From Eledone cirrhosa (lineage: Eukaryota): a stretch of DNA of 64,000 nt. A program made the position numbers and the translations under genes. The stretch is from the NCBI GenBank assembly GCA_964016885.1, contig OZ024741.1:53692001-53756000 (forward strand). The letters run 5' to 3'. Positions within the stretch are counted from its first letter, which is position 1. The number at the start of each line of letters is the position of its first letter. The notes below the pieces were generated by a model that was given only the letters and a program-made list of their open reading frames with translations, was not told the origin of the DNA and searched no databases. Below are positions 14,133 to 30,100 of this stretch, piece by piece.

Positions 14133-14176
14133 AGCCGACAAGACTTGTTTCGCTTTGTTTGAAGCTTATCAAGGCC
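14133..14176 (-). ncRNA. Type I hammerhead ribozyme, U3-A8 variant (second tandem unit)
   Basis: Same motif 316 bp away from the first. Confidence 0.72.
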
Positions 14177-14453
14177 AACTGTTTACTGAGATCATTGATG
14201 TTATATTCTTATAGAAATCTAGTAAATAATCAGTTTGCTGAGATGAAAGTGAGTGAATTTGTCACTACTTTAAAACAATAGCTTACGGTCTTCAAAATGC
14301 TTTTAATTAAGCATAAAGTGTATTGCAAAATACATTATATATACATCCATATATATATTGCTATATCAGAGCTCCAATTCTAATTTTTTATATATATATA
14401 TAAATATATATATAATATATATATATATAAATATATATATAAATATATATATA

Positions 14454-14577
<124 letters not shown>

Positions 14578-14649
14578 TAAATTAGTGAGAATCGTATTTC
14601 GGCTATTGGAAATATATATATATATTCTTATATATATATATGCATACAT

Positions 14650-14806
<157 letters not shown>

Positions 14807-14844
14807 GTGTGTGTGTGTGTGAAAAATACAAATCACACCACAAT

Positions 14845-17150
14845 GAATACTCAACATAATTCCAAACAAAACTGTTCTGAGAATGAAATAAACCTTCTAA
14901 TAAACGCATGGTACTGCTTTACCCAAACGGAAAACATATACGCTTCATGCATGTCTGAACGGAATTGCTAAGTGAACAGTTCATCTTTTAAAGTCCCGAT
15001 TAGAACAGCAGATTCAAAACAAAGTAAAACAAATTGAAGTTGCATTTAAATTAATTAACCGACATTCTGATAAACTAAGATGTGTTTTTTTTTCAATCAC
15101 TGTTCAACCAATACAGCAGCACCAACCACCACAACAACACATTCACATACATCAAGTATCTTCAAATATTGCTAACTCCGAACAACAGCTTCAATCACTC
15201 CTCAATTCAACCACAATTGATGACCTACTAAGTGAAACCATCAACCTTTGCATCTGCTCACAGTAGGAAACCGAGACTTCACTTTCTCTAACTACCCCAA
15301 TAATTCAAACAAGTAATCACTTATCATCATTATCATTGTCATCATCTCTGCCTACTACGATCAACCCAATAACAACATCTTTGCTTCCTACTATCTCAAG
15401 GAATGTACCTCCCACAGCTCATACAGGATACCCAAACCTACACAAATTAACATCTATACCGCACACAACACACATTTATACACCCCCTCGAAACCCCCAT
15501 CATTTGCTGCTATTCCTTACGTAATAAGTTATGTACTGCCAGAGACTGAAAATTCACTCATTTACCCAGGACAAATCGCTCAATCTCTATAAACAACAGC
15601 CAACAGCAAAGCACGTATTCAAAAATAACGCCGCCATCACCACCAATAACTTTACCAAGATGCTAAACAAACCTAAATACACACACACATGTAACACGGA
15701 ATCCTAAAATCTGCCGCTATACCCAGCGAGACAGATTAAGTCTGCAGCGTGATTTTCCATTTACCTATCTTCCAGGTACTCGTCGCACAAATAAAAATAA
15801 AAATAAATATCCTAACCAATATAAAACCCATAACTGCAATCACTTACAGTTCTCTAAACAGGAAACCTCTATTTTAGCCATATTCATATGGCAAAAGAAC
15901 TACAAAAACACATTGTAGCCATCACCCAACAAAACCCCCACCTCACCCCACTGCACAAACTCCCATTGCTGCCATTAAAAACATCCCCAAAACAATCAAA
16001 ATCAGCCACCACTTCAGCCTCAACATTTTTTTGCTTAATGCTCAAGGGATCAGCCCTTCCACCAATGCTAACAAATTGAAGATCAAATTTCTTGAGGATT
16101 GTGATGATGACCATCCTAACAACATCCCTTTCTTTGTCAATCCCCTTCACTTGGAAGCCGAAGTGAAAGTGAAGTCGAGGTGAAAGATATCCGTGCAAAT
16201 CGCGCTGGCAGAGAAGAAAGGGCGGGACTGCCATTTTTGTACATGATTCTTTTTCGATAGAGGCTAAGAACATATTTTCCAGTGGAAACTGTGAAGCAGT
16301 CACTGAGTACAGTAAAACCAACAACTTATTAGTAGTTGGGCTCTATAGGACACCACAAACGCCTCTACTATGCTTCAAGGAATGCCTCAGCAGCATAAAG
16401 TGTTTAATCCAACAGTGTCAGCCTAGCAACATCTTAATGGTGGGGGACTTCAACCTCCCCGGTTTTTACTGGTCCACAAACAGCTTGTTACCAGGTTTTT
16501 CCACCTCAAACCATGACAAGGAGGCAGTATAATCGCCTCTTGACTTCATGGATGAGTTTTTCCTGTCCTAACTGGTGCTCGAACAAACAAGGTGCCACAA
16601 AAGTATATTGGACCTAATATTCAGTAACCACACTGACACTATCCACAATAAAGCCTCTACTCTCAAATCATGACATGCTTCTCTGTGATCTGAGATTCCA
16701 CCGTCCAAAAAGCAAACCTAATGATAACTCTCCAGTTCATCCATTTGACACCATGTTTCTTCATACTGCAAACTGTGAAACAATCAATTTTGATCCTGCA
16801 AATGTCGATTTTCTTTCACGCACATTCACACACCCACTAACATAAAAAAATCCTGGCAGACGTTTGTAGACACTGTAACAAATATGTGTGCAAAACATAC
16901 CCCATTAAGATCTGCAAACAAATCTAAGTGCAGAATCCCTAGAAATAGAAGAACACACTTATAAAAGGAATTAAAAGAATTAACAAAACAATCACGCATT
17001 TGAGTGCCATTAGAACAGCATGATTTCCATCATCAATAATAAAAGAGCAGTTGAAGAGGTCTGGGCCATTGAGAAAATCAAACTCAATCCCAAAGTGTTC
17101 TTTTCATTTGCGAAAAAACACAAAGTCACTGTCTCCACTGGCAGAACCTC
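14845..17150 (+). mobile_element. Decayed CR1/L2-group LINE (ORF1 remnant + APE endonuclease, RT missing)
   Basis: From ~16010: LNAQGI, GGTAIFV, VVGLYRTP, MVGDFNLPGFYW, ILDLIFSNH, IKLNPKVFFSFAK. Many stops and frameshifts. The 5' boundary is uncertain. Confidence 0.7.
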
Positions 17151-17442
17151 ACAAAAACTCTATATCTCTATGATGTAGTGTTTTTGCATAATATGCCACG
17201 AAACTACGTAGTCGGGGTCTATAGACGCAGCTTAGGTATGATATATCTTATTACTAATTATATCTAATGATTCTTCTCTCTTCATAATGTATTATATAGC
17301 TCTGATACTGAATCAGTCTAATCCATTCCGATTCGTTTGTCCCAGTTATTCATAGAGCAACATCGGTTGCTCAGGGATATATGTGGATATATTCATGTGT
17401 ATGTGTCCACATGTATCTGTGTGTTTCTCTCTATATATTATT

Positions 17443-17546
<104 letters not shown>

Positions 17547-17730
17547 TATATACATATACATGCATATATATATATATAAATTACAGAATAATCAAAACTA
17601 TGTTCAAAATACGTTATTACTGGCAATCGTATCTTCAAAACTTTCGTTTGGAATCAACGGAGCACTAGCAAAGTTTAGACATATAATTAACTTCCTATTC
17701 GACAGAACAATCAAATATATATATATATAT

Positions 17731-18601
17731 ATAGACACAATATAGACACAACCACATATATATAGTCTATCACAGTTCTTTCGTTGCACATCTGCAACAT
17801 CGTCAGTGGTTAATTATGTTTCCTCCCGTTGTAGTGTATGCCTACGCCATCTTTATTTAGTCTGTTTATTTATTTATTTATTTATATTTTGTCTTCTCTG
17901 CGCATGCGTTTGCGTGTGAGTATAGTGTTTGATGTGTGTTCGTGTTTGGGTGACAGTGTATTGGTTATTGTATTCTATCTTAGTTTACTAGTGTGTGTTT
18001 ATATATTGTTTGTTGTTATTGTGCTTGTGTATGTATTTATATATTTATTTATACTTGTCTAGGTCAGCATTGTTTGTTTGGGTGTTGTTGATATTCCATT
18101 CATTTAAACAAACAATACTGACCTAAGAGAAGTATAAATAAATAAATAAATACATACACAAGCACAATAACAACAAACACATATAAACACGCACTAGTAA
18201 ACTAGGATAGAATACAATAACCAATACACAGTCACCCAAACACGAACACACATCAAACACTATACACACACGCAAACGCATGCGCAGAGAAGACAAAAAA
18301 AAATTAAATAAACAGACTAAATAAAGATGGCGTAGGCATACAATACAACGGGAGGAAACATAATAGCACCACTGACAAGGTTGCAGATGTGCAACGAAAG
18401 AACTTTGTTAGACTATATATATGTGTTTGTGCCTATATTGTATCTGTATTTTTGACCGTTGGTCAGTCAATGGTAACATTGAGGACCGAATAAATTAAAT
18501 TAATTTAACCGATATAAAAGACACAGAAGCGAAAACACACCAAACAGTGAGGGTGTTCTGTTATTAATTCTGGCAATATTATTACACAAATATGATCCTC
18601 C

Positions 18602-18603
<2 letters not shown>
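17731..18603. repeat. Fold-back repeat (arms ~17731-18084 / 18101-18449), probable PLE pseudo-LTR
   Basis: Diverged ~350-bp inverted arms between (TA)n tracts. Its 3' tail (tattattaca..aatatga..ctccc) also occurs at 1-28. Confidence 0.75.
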
Positions 18604-18637
<34 letters not shown>

Positions 18638-18639
<2 letters not shown>

Positions 18640-18908
18640 TATCCAGGAGATTCCAGCCAGAATGGTTGCAATTTTTAAGGGTAGGTTAATAGTTATTTAT
18701 AAAACTGACCTATATTATATTTTATCTGATGAAAGCGCACAAATAGTTTGCTCTGGTGGCCCTTGCAATATGTATAATGAAATAAATATGGTTTTAGAAA
18801 TATAGTTTCCATTTATATTGTATATTTACTCCAATTATTTGTTGAGTGCTTTATATCAGTTATAAAAATATTTTGCTTGTTGTATCCCAACAAATTAAAT
18901 ATAACCTC
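18638..18908 (+). repeat. Family D repeat with CTGATGA...GAAA motif
   Basis: Homologous to 57900-58170 and flanked by (TA)n. Confidence 0.7.
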
Positions 18909-19037
18909 TACATATATATATATATATATATATATTAAAATAACAGATTAAAGTTCAAGCAAAGACTGTAATCTGTTATTTCAATAAAGGTTCCTATATA
19001 TTTGATATATATTTATCCTTATCGAGTTTATTATTAT

Positions 19038-19182
<145 letters not shown>

Positions 19183-19291
19183 TATATGTATAGTAATAAT
19201 AATAAATTTAAAGACTATGTGTGTGTATATATATATATGTATATATATATATATACATATGTATATATATATATATATAAATGCATATATA

Positions 19292-19361
<70 letters not shown>

Positions 19362-19364
19362 TGT

Positions 19365-19435
<71 letters not shown>

Positions 19436-19782
19436 TGTGTGTCTGTGTGTCTGTGTCTGTGTCTGTGTACTAGAGTTTATGTATTGTGACGTTGCTTGAA
19501 ATTAGTCGATTTGCCATTGGAGATTGTGGAGTGTAGTGTTTTGTATACTCTTCCCTCTTAAACTGTTAATTCATCGTTGCAGCTGGTCTGAAATTTGGTA
19601 GGCCTATTCTTACTAGTGATAGCCGAATAAGATTCGGAGTTCGTTTTGTAATAGGCTTAAAGCAACTCAAGTAGTAATGTAAAATGTTCAACTACAATTA
19701 TGGTTTAATAGAGGTTTCTATGAAAGTCAGCTTATATTACTGAAGACATTTTAAGTACCATTGATATAATTACTGGTAGTTG

Positions 19783-21682
<1,900 letters not shown>

Positions 21683-21695
21683 ATATATATATATG

Positions 21696-21846
<151 letters not shown>

Positions 21847-21891
21847 AGGAAAAGCGAAGTAGTTTCAGATGTTCAAGTCCTTTAATAATAA

Positions 21892-21967
21892 TGCTGTGAT
21901 ATATATTTCAATGACGACACTGGTCACACTGTTCTGTGAGCGAGTGTCGTGACATCATCAGACAGCA
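21892..21967 (-). ncRNA. Type I hammerhead ribozyme with extended stem II
   Basis: Minus strand: tgctgt-CTGATGA-[acgacact/agtgtcgt helix]-GAAA-tatat-ATC-acagca. Confidence 0.75.
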
Positions 21968-22070
21968 TGTTACATAATAAGGTTATGTTTCCGAGGCAAT
22001 CCAAATTGAATCGACAGGGGAACGGATTCAATTTGGATTGCCTCGGAAACATAACCTTATTATGTAACAA

Positions 22071-22145
22071 GTTGTCTGATGATGTCACGACACTCGCACA
22101 CAGAACAGTGTGGCCAGTGTCGTCATTGAAATATATATCACAGCA
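22071..22145 (+). ncRNA. Type I hammerhead ribozyme with extended stem II
   Basis: gttgt-CTGATGA-45 nt stem II-GAAA-tatat-ATC-acagc. Confidence 0.75.
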
Positions 22146-22283
22146 TTATTATTAAAGAACTTGAACATCTGAAACTACTTCGCTTTTCCTTATTCGATAT
22201 TTACTCCGTCACTCCTATGTGGAAAAAGTACGTTGAGTGCTTGAATTGAATTGCATCTATGTTTACCCTAATATATATATATA

Positions 22284-22365
<82 letters not shown>

Positions 22366-22366
<1 letters not shown>

Positions 22367-22800
22367 CAGTGGTTACACAACAGTTACTTCACCATACGGA
22401 TAACAATTGTTTCACCTTAGCAGATCCTCAGCTCGTAATGGACATGGTTATACGGAACAGGAAGGACAACCGTACGAACGCGCATGCGCAGAAACCGCTC
22501 ACTTCACACAGGCAATACTAAAATGCGTGCGAGAGGTGTAAGGGAGAAAACTGCGAAAGTCTGAAAAGTTTCTAGTTGATAAGAAAATTATGATGTTGTT
22601 GTAATTCAATCCGGAGCTTTGTGGTTATGCAAGAGGTGTTTCGAGACGTGTGGGCAACGTGTGAAGAATTCATTACTCGTGTTTAGGCAATCACTATTGC
22701 ATAATCTCTTTAGAATATTTATTCGTTCATCAATACATAGTCCACATGACGGATTTCCCCTTGCGTATGGCTTGGAGTTAGTGATGGCTTTCCATTAATA
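22366..22800 (-). mobile_element. PLE 3' fragment (family F, Hydra-type EN) with HHR-like motif at 22392-22441
   Basis: 22794-22606 reads WKAITNSKPYARGNPSCGLCIDERINIL..LNTSNEFFTRCPHVSKH*. Downstream: CTGAGGA-tct gcta aggt-GAAACAATTGTT. Confidence 0.8.
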
Positions 22801-22857
22801 ACCACGACGATAACAAGAGTAACAACAACATGTGTGTGTGGGGGGGGGTGTACATAT

Positions 22858-23020
22858 GGTAAAAGGGTAAAACCCCATTCGGTCACGAATGATAATGGGA
22901 TGTGCGCCTAGAAAGCGCCCCCCCCCCGATGGCACAATCCGGGCAAGGTTGTTTATAGTAGACTAGCAGTCATCAATGAGTACCAGTCTGTTCTCTCCAT
23001 GCCACCAATGTTGTCCACTT
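22858..23020 (-). mobile_element. SINE 3' fragment
   Basis: ggtaaaaccccattcggtca..gggcaaggttgttta resembles an abundant cephalopod SINE tail (from memory). Confidence 0.5.
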
Positions 23021-23720
23021 TTCCTATAATCAGCTGTTTCCCAACCCCTATTTCGCACCCACTCACATACATTTACTACCTTCAGCACTATATGAAGATT
23101 TTTACTAATACACCCACTCACAAGTACATAGCTGCAATACCACACATAGATACATAAAGACATACATTAAGACATCTAATTATTATACAGACAACACCAA
23201 TTAATTATATGAAATTATACTAACTCAAATAATTAATAAAACTAACACTGTGAATTAATTGAAAATGACTACCTAATAAAACTAATACTACTAATTAAGT
23301 AAACTAACCTTAATAATTAATTAAACTGACAGTAATAATTAAATGAATCAACGCAATTTATCAACTAAACTAAAATGATCACGCGCACATACACTCGTGC
23401 AAACACACAAGATACACCATCTCAGCACAAATACAAACAAAACGTCAGAGTGACCCTAACAGCCTCCACAGACCTTCTTGTCCATTGTCACCACACCTTA
23501 ACTCACTCTCCTTGTGAGATACACACAACCCGCTTGGACATTCATAACGGTCTTTCTAAGTGGGATATACACTCACCCAACAATCCACTCTGCCAATAAC
23601 ACAAACAACGACCCCTATACATCATTTCTTCCCATCGAATGCTTTCATCACAAGCTTGGCAAATATATATATATGTGTATGTATATGTGTGTGTGTGGGT
23701 GTGTGTGTGCGTATGTGTGA

Positions 23721-23758
<38 letters not shown>

Positions 23759-24464
23759 CCCTTCTTATTTGGCCCACACACACACGGAGAGAGAGAGAGA
23801 ATAATACAAGCGTATGCACACATACATCCATAAACACATTCACATATATACATTAATAGCAACATAAACGCAACCAAACACACACAAACACACACACACT
23901 CATTCATGCATAAACATAAACACACACACAGACGTATACCCAGGTGCACGTGCAAAAGTATAAAAATCCGACAAACACGTCAATCAACGATACACATAAC
24001 ACGAACACAGATACATACACACATACATACATACACACATACATACATACATACACACATACACACACACCAACGAGCAATAATATCAACGATTCTCACA
24101 CCCTAGAATTGAACTCCGTCTACACATATGTAACAACATCAATGATACACCCGGATATGCCAACTCGGACTACACCTCTCAGACATTTACGAAGTGCTGA
24201 GAGTATAAATATGATATAAAGGGTGTTGTGCTCAAGCCCGCAGTTGTTGTAGAATAGCTTATAAAATATGATGAGGACCCTTATAAATGGGAAAAAAAGT
24301 AGCCATCGGCGGCTACCGCAACTTTTCCTCCGTCTCTAAGGGTCTTCACTATCTTTTATGAGATATTTCATAGCATCTCCGCGCAGAAACACCTTACTCT
24401 TTATATTAAATACACACACACAGACATACAAACAGACAGACACACAGACACACAATCACACAAT

Positions 24465-24502
<38 letters not shown>

Positions 24503-24590
24503 GCTGGTCTGAAATAAAGTAGACCTATTCTTAAGTCCAGAAATAGCCGTCGAAACGGCTCGAGCTCTGCCGTCGGAGTTAAACGTTTCC
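24503..24590 (+). repeat. Family G fragment in (TA)n
   Basis: Contains ttaagtcc-AGAAATA-gccgtc-GAAAC-ggctcgagctctgcc-GTC-ggagttaa. Confidence 0.7.
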
Positions 24591-25283
24591 TATATATATA
24601 TATATATAATCTCATCTTACATAATAATGTATATATTTTTCATATATCTGTAACGACGACTAGTTATCATCTTGTTACTTAGGATTTCGACAGTAATAAA
24701 AGCAGACAAATTTCACCAAACCTCGATTAAAGACGTAATTGATCTCACAAAGTGTGCTGCCGTTACATTGCTGCTTCAGTTGACATAAAACCAAATCTGT
24801 GCGTTTGTATGTGTATATATATATATATTTATATAAATATATATACACACACATACAAACGCACAGATTTGGTTTTATGTCAATATATATATATATATGT
24901 GGGGGGGGGGGGGCATGGGTGTTTGTTCTGAGGAGTTATGTATATTTCGTTTCACGCCTTTAGATTCCTCAACTATTGCCGAATTGCCGATTTGATTATG
25001 AAAACGTTCTAAGCTTCAGCGCACAAACTGTCTACATATCCATCCATCCATCCACCTATATATCTGTCTATCTATCTATCTTGATAGAGTAAGACACGCT
25101 TCACATCGGCTCCGCTATTCCATCGGGATTTACCCTTACTATTGTAAGTACCGGATAAATTTTTCAGTGCAACACATTTGGAACACTAACCCCTGTTTTT
25201 TAGGGAAACATTTTTGCATTTACCCCCTTTTTAGGGGGTAAAATAAATATCTATTTTTGCCGAAAAATTTCTTTCTTGGCAGC

Positions 25284-27103
25284 ATGGCGGAAAAGATGGC
25301 AGACATGTCTGCCATTAGCTCTGCCACGCCCCCCAAGTCTGAAGAACAAAAAATAATTACAACAAAATTAGACAATGAAACAAACAAAGAAAATGAAAAA
25401 ACAAATGTTAAGGAAAATGAGCAAACAGAAAACAAACAAACAGAAAATAATACAAATAACAACAGGGCAACTTTCGCCCAGAAAACAAAACAATCCATTA
25501 CATACACACCAATTGACCTAACTGCCGCCAGAGAAAAACTGGCCGAAGCAAAGAAACACATTGTTTTGGGGGGAGAACGGAATGTTTTTCATTAACTCCC
25601 CCCCAGAATTCAAGAAAGCCAGAGCAGAAAACACAGTTCTCTACAGAACTATACTGAACCAGACAAGAAAGCCAGCACAGCCCAGCCAAATGGAAATAGA
25701 GTTAGTCCTAAAAGACTATATGAAGAATATTCTCTTCATACGAAAGGACCGACTCTATGGCAGCATTTCGGTCCTAACAAGAGACAGGGAAACGGCGGAG
25801 AAGCTTTCCCTAAGCCCACTCTCATCGACAACATATAGCTTCTATCCCTCCTACATGGGTAGAAGAACACAGAGAGTAAAAGTAAAAACAATGCTGCCCA
25901 CAATGGACTTCTGGTGGGCTATTGCTGGCTTCATTGATATGGGCGAAGACACAATGCTGTCAATGGGGAGGGCAACTGGAGATACGTTCCTGGGAATGGG
26001 CCTCGACATACTAGTCCAAATGAGGCCCAAAAGAATAGCACAAATCCCGGATCGCATCTGGCTGGATGACCTTACCCCAATAGACATAATTGTAGAGGGG
26101 AGAAGACCAGCATGCTATTTATGCATGGAAAGGGGACACGTTAAGGCTAACTGCCCGAAACGTATCCCCCAAAAAGGACTATTGCCCACACCCACCACAA
26201 ACAGTACACCAACACCACCCACCTCCAAAAATACACTAATACCACACACAGCAAACAAAATACAGACACCACCAACCACAAACACAACACAAACATCACC
26301 ACCACCAGCACCAAACACAAGCACGACACAAAAATCACCACCACCAACCACAACACAAACACCACCATCACCAACCACAAGCACGACACAAACATTACCA
26401 CCACCACCACAAAACCCATTCCAAACAAATAATTAAAAAAACAGTAACAAATCTACCCCTCCCGCAAAAAAAAACAACCACACAACACGTCCCTCCCACC
26501 TAGCGCTGAAGAGTTTCCCCCAACTTCTGAAGAAGAAGGAGGAGAAGCCTTCAGACAAGTTAAAAGAAAAAAAAGAAAACACACACCCAGCACACCACAA
26601 ATAACCCACACACAAACACCAACTCCAATCAAAAACACCCCACAAACAAAAATAAATCTGCGCCTCCCCTCTCCGAAACATTGACAGCATCACAAAAAAA
26701 GACGTTGCAATACACATATATAAATAAAGAAAACAAAAAACTGGTTAAATTAATAAACAATAACCCTATGGTGCAGACCGAAGGGCCAAACTTTATCTCA
26801 ACAGAGAACTTCACCCATTTAAAAATGATAAAGGTCCCTCTGGACCTTTATCGTTCCTTAAAAGAACAATTTAGACGGGACGTGAGCCCCCCCTGTTTAA
26901 AACCGTTGAATCGCGTCCTCTTGAAAGATTTCCCCATAACCGCCCCTCTCCCTGACACAACTCCAAATACCCCAACCCCACCACACACGTGTACCCCCAC
27001 ACCACCACAAAACATCCCTCCACCCAACACACCTGATGCCATGGAAATTACGCAACCCGGAGAGGTAAGTGCTTTTCTTTCTTCACTTTCAACACCAAAA
27101 TAG
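25284..27103 (+). pseudogene. Tx1 ORF1 (gag-like, CCHC knuckle, Pro/Thr-rich), frameshifted
   Basis: ATG at 25284, IIVEGRRPACYLCMERGHVKANCP, FRQVKRKKRK. Breaks near 25570 and 26430-26680. Confidence 0.8.
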
Positions 27104-30100
27104 ATCAATTGAGAGTTGGCTGTTTGAACGCGCGTGGCCTGGGCTCAGCTTGGAAGCAAGCAAAGCTTCTAAGTGACCTCAGGTCACAAAGTATAGATGT
27201 GATGGTTGTTTGCGAGAGTCGGATCAGCAGCGTGAGACAGCTGGCGCCCGCCTTCGATGACTTTGAGATGCACGCATCTCTCTGTCAACCCGGAGGAGGG
27301 GGGGGGGAAGTGCCGTACTGCTGGATAAACGTCTGACTCTCGACGTACAGATTGTTCACTCGGACCCGGGGGGTCGATTACTGGTGCTGGACGTCGGAGG
27401 CGGTGAAGGCGGGGCTTTCAGACTGGTCGGTCTTTATGCTCCCTTCGGGGCGGAAAGAGCCGACTTCTTCCAGCGTCTGGAGACTTTTCTAGGAACGTCG
27501 CGTTCCCTGCTTTTAGTGGGGGACTGGAATGGAATCCTAGATGCGCGTTGGGACTATGCAGGGGCATGTCCCGATAGAGGGGGGTGTAGCAGCCTCAAGG
27601 GGTTACTCGATCGATTCGACCTGGTCGATAGATTTCGACTAAATTGTCCAACTGCGCCAACCTGGACCTGGGTAAACCGCAGTGGACAATCTAGATCGTA
27701 CCTAGATAGGTTTTTGGTTAGGAGTAAGGATAGGGACGTATTTAGTTGTCCAGAACTGATCATGGTTGGCTATTCAGATCACAAATTAGTGACCTGCGTG
27801 GTCAACCTTGATAGAACGCATAGACAGGGTCCCGGTTACTGGAAGATGAACTTGTCCTTACCGACAAAGAAAGATTACAGAAACCGGATTAGTAGCTTAG
27901 TTAAGATGCGGTTGACGGGAGCGATCGTCAACAGTAGGTGGTGGATATCTCTAAAGAGAGAGATTAGAGTAAGTTCGATAGGTTACAGTAAGGAACTAGC
28001 GGCGAATAGAAATAGGAGGGAAAGGGAGTTAACAGATAAACTAGAAGAGGCGATTAGGAGCGGAGACGTAGCCAGAGTGTTAGCGACGAGAACGGCATTG
28101 AGCCAGTTCTTTGACGCGAAGCACGAAGGCTGCGTTGTCCGAAGTAAAATACGTGCTTTAGGAAACGAGGGGACCAAAGCTGTTAGCTGGGCCCGCGTGA
28201 CAGAAGCCAAGAGTGGGATTAAATCCACCATTAGGTCTTTGCGAGACCAGGATGGACGGGTGATCCTTGGACCTGAGCGAATGTGCGAGACCTTTCAAAG
28301 GCACTTTGCTCGACTGTTCGGAGGTGGCGGGGGGCCGGACGGGGATGTGGACTTCGGTCCATACCTCGACGGTCTACCGTGTCTTTCGAGCGGCGAAGCG
28401 GAGTGCTGCGAAAGGCCAATCACAGCCACTGAAATCGGGGAAGCGCTCAGCCAATGCAGCAGACGCAAATCTCCGGGTCTCGATGGTCTACCATACGAAC
28501 TTTATTTAGCTATGCCGGTCTTGTTCTCCGAACTCCTCGAGGCTGTCTATTGCAACTGGCAACAGAACGGGAGAATTCCCTGTTCTGTGACCAAGGGCGT
28601 GGTCACGCTAGTGAGGAAGGACGAGAGCAAGGGGGACGACTTAAGTAACTTTAGGCCCATAACTCTGCTGAATGCAGAGTTACAGATTTTGGCCAAGGTG
28701 TTGGCGAAGAGGTTGGCGCTTGTGGTGGGTGGTTTGGTGGGAGACGCGCAGACATGCGCTATCCCGTCCAGGTCCATTCACGACAACCCCCACCTCATGC
28801 GATACATCATAGAGAGGGTTGGCTACGAACCCCGCTTTGGTGGGGCCCTGATCAACTTGGATCAATCTAAGGCGTTCGATAGGGTCGACCATGGTTACCT
28901 GGATGCGGTGCTAGCGGCGGCGGGCTTCGGACCCGTTTTCAGGGGCTGGATTTCTGCCATGCACAGTGGCAACATCTACTCTAGGATTAAAGTAAACGGC
29001 TACCTCTCGGAGCCGTTTCAAATCACCCGATCCATCAGACAGGGGTGCTCCCTCTCCTCCCTTCTGTACGTATTGACTCTCGAGCCACTGCTGCGGAAGT
29101 TGGAGTTGCTGCGGGGCATACCCCTGGAACCGGGATTGCACAAAGCGGTCTCGGCCTATGCCGACGACGTAACAGTAATGGTGGCGGACGCCTCGGAAAT
29201 CGGGGCGATCGCCACCCTACTGGAGGAATACGAAAGGCTGACGGGGGCTAAGCTGAACCAGGACAAGTCAGTCGGTTTGCAACTCGGAACGTGGAGGGGC
29301 AAACCGATGCCGTTAGACGGTGTCGTCGGGCGGTGGACGGAGGGCCCGGTGAAGCTGCTCGGGGTCTGGTTCAGACCGGACCTCCAGGTGGAGAAGAATT
29401 GGGGCGAGGTGACGAGCAGGGTGTTTGCGCTGACCCAGAAGTGGGCCAAGTGCAAACTATCACTGAAAGGTCGGGCGGAGGTGACGAACGCTTACATAGC
29501 GTCCGTCATCTACTACCGCCTGACCGTCGTGCCTTGCCCCAAGGAAAAGCTCACCATCATGGAACGCATGCTCTTCCAGTTCCTCTGGAAGAAGCGGCCT
29601 CCCATGGTGAGGAGATCCATCTGCTGCCAGCACCCTTCGAAAGGAGGGCTGGGTATGCCGTGGCTGTTGATGCGTAGGCACGCATTGAGGCTACGGCATC
29701 TACAGGTATTCCTCAACGGTCAGCCGGTGTGGGCCCCGTTTGTGAGGCGAGCCTTCCCACAGCTCGTCTCGCTCACCGAACTGCAATCCTGGGTGAAGCA
29801 AAGACCGAGAAAACTGGGCAACTGGCACACCGAGTGTGCCCAGGCGCTCACGGCTATCTGGCAAGCGGACCCGACTGTCAGTGGAGAATCCACCTCGACA
29901 TTCTATAGAGGGTTGGTGGCTAGCAGGGGCGACGACACCCTTGGAGAGTCGCTAGGCATGGAGGAGGACGAACTGGCCAGCCTGTTCGGTAGAACTTTCG
30001 GCCCAGGACCCATGGACAACTTCCAGAGGTCCCTAGCCTGGCAGTGTTACCGGGGGGCTCTGCCCGTTCGAGAAAAGCTCTACAGACACGGGCGCCCGGG

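Larger units (their letters stand above)
13690..14389 (-). mobile_element. Retrozyme-like tandem array (family B), 316-bp period, with terminal fold-back
   Basis: Identical ORF-track starts at 13711 and 14027 mark the period. 14233-14389 is the reverse complement of ~13967-14121. Flanked by (TA)n, no credible protein. Confidence 0.8.

Noticed and set aside
13711-14281. Duplicated 85-aa ORFs as a small gene pair
   Set aside because: They are antisense to the HHR strand, start with TTG, and the frame is not evidently preserved in the 2-kb relative.
18365-18415. CTGAC(G/A)A-gttgca gatg tgcaac-GAAA as a full hammerhead
   Set aside because: Core and stem II look right, but I could not find a convincing stem III, cleavage triplet and stem I partner.
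27064-27103. GTAAGT...TAG mini-intron fusing Tx1 ORF1 to ORF2
   Set aside because: Only 40 nt long, and splicing leads straight to an in-frame stop (ATC AAT TGA).
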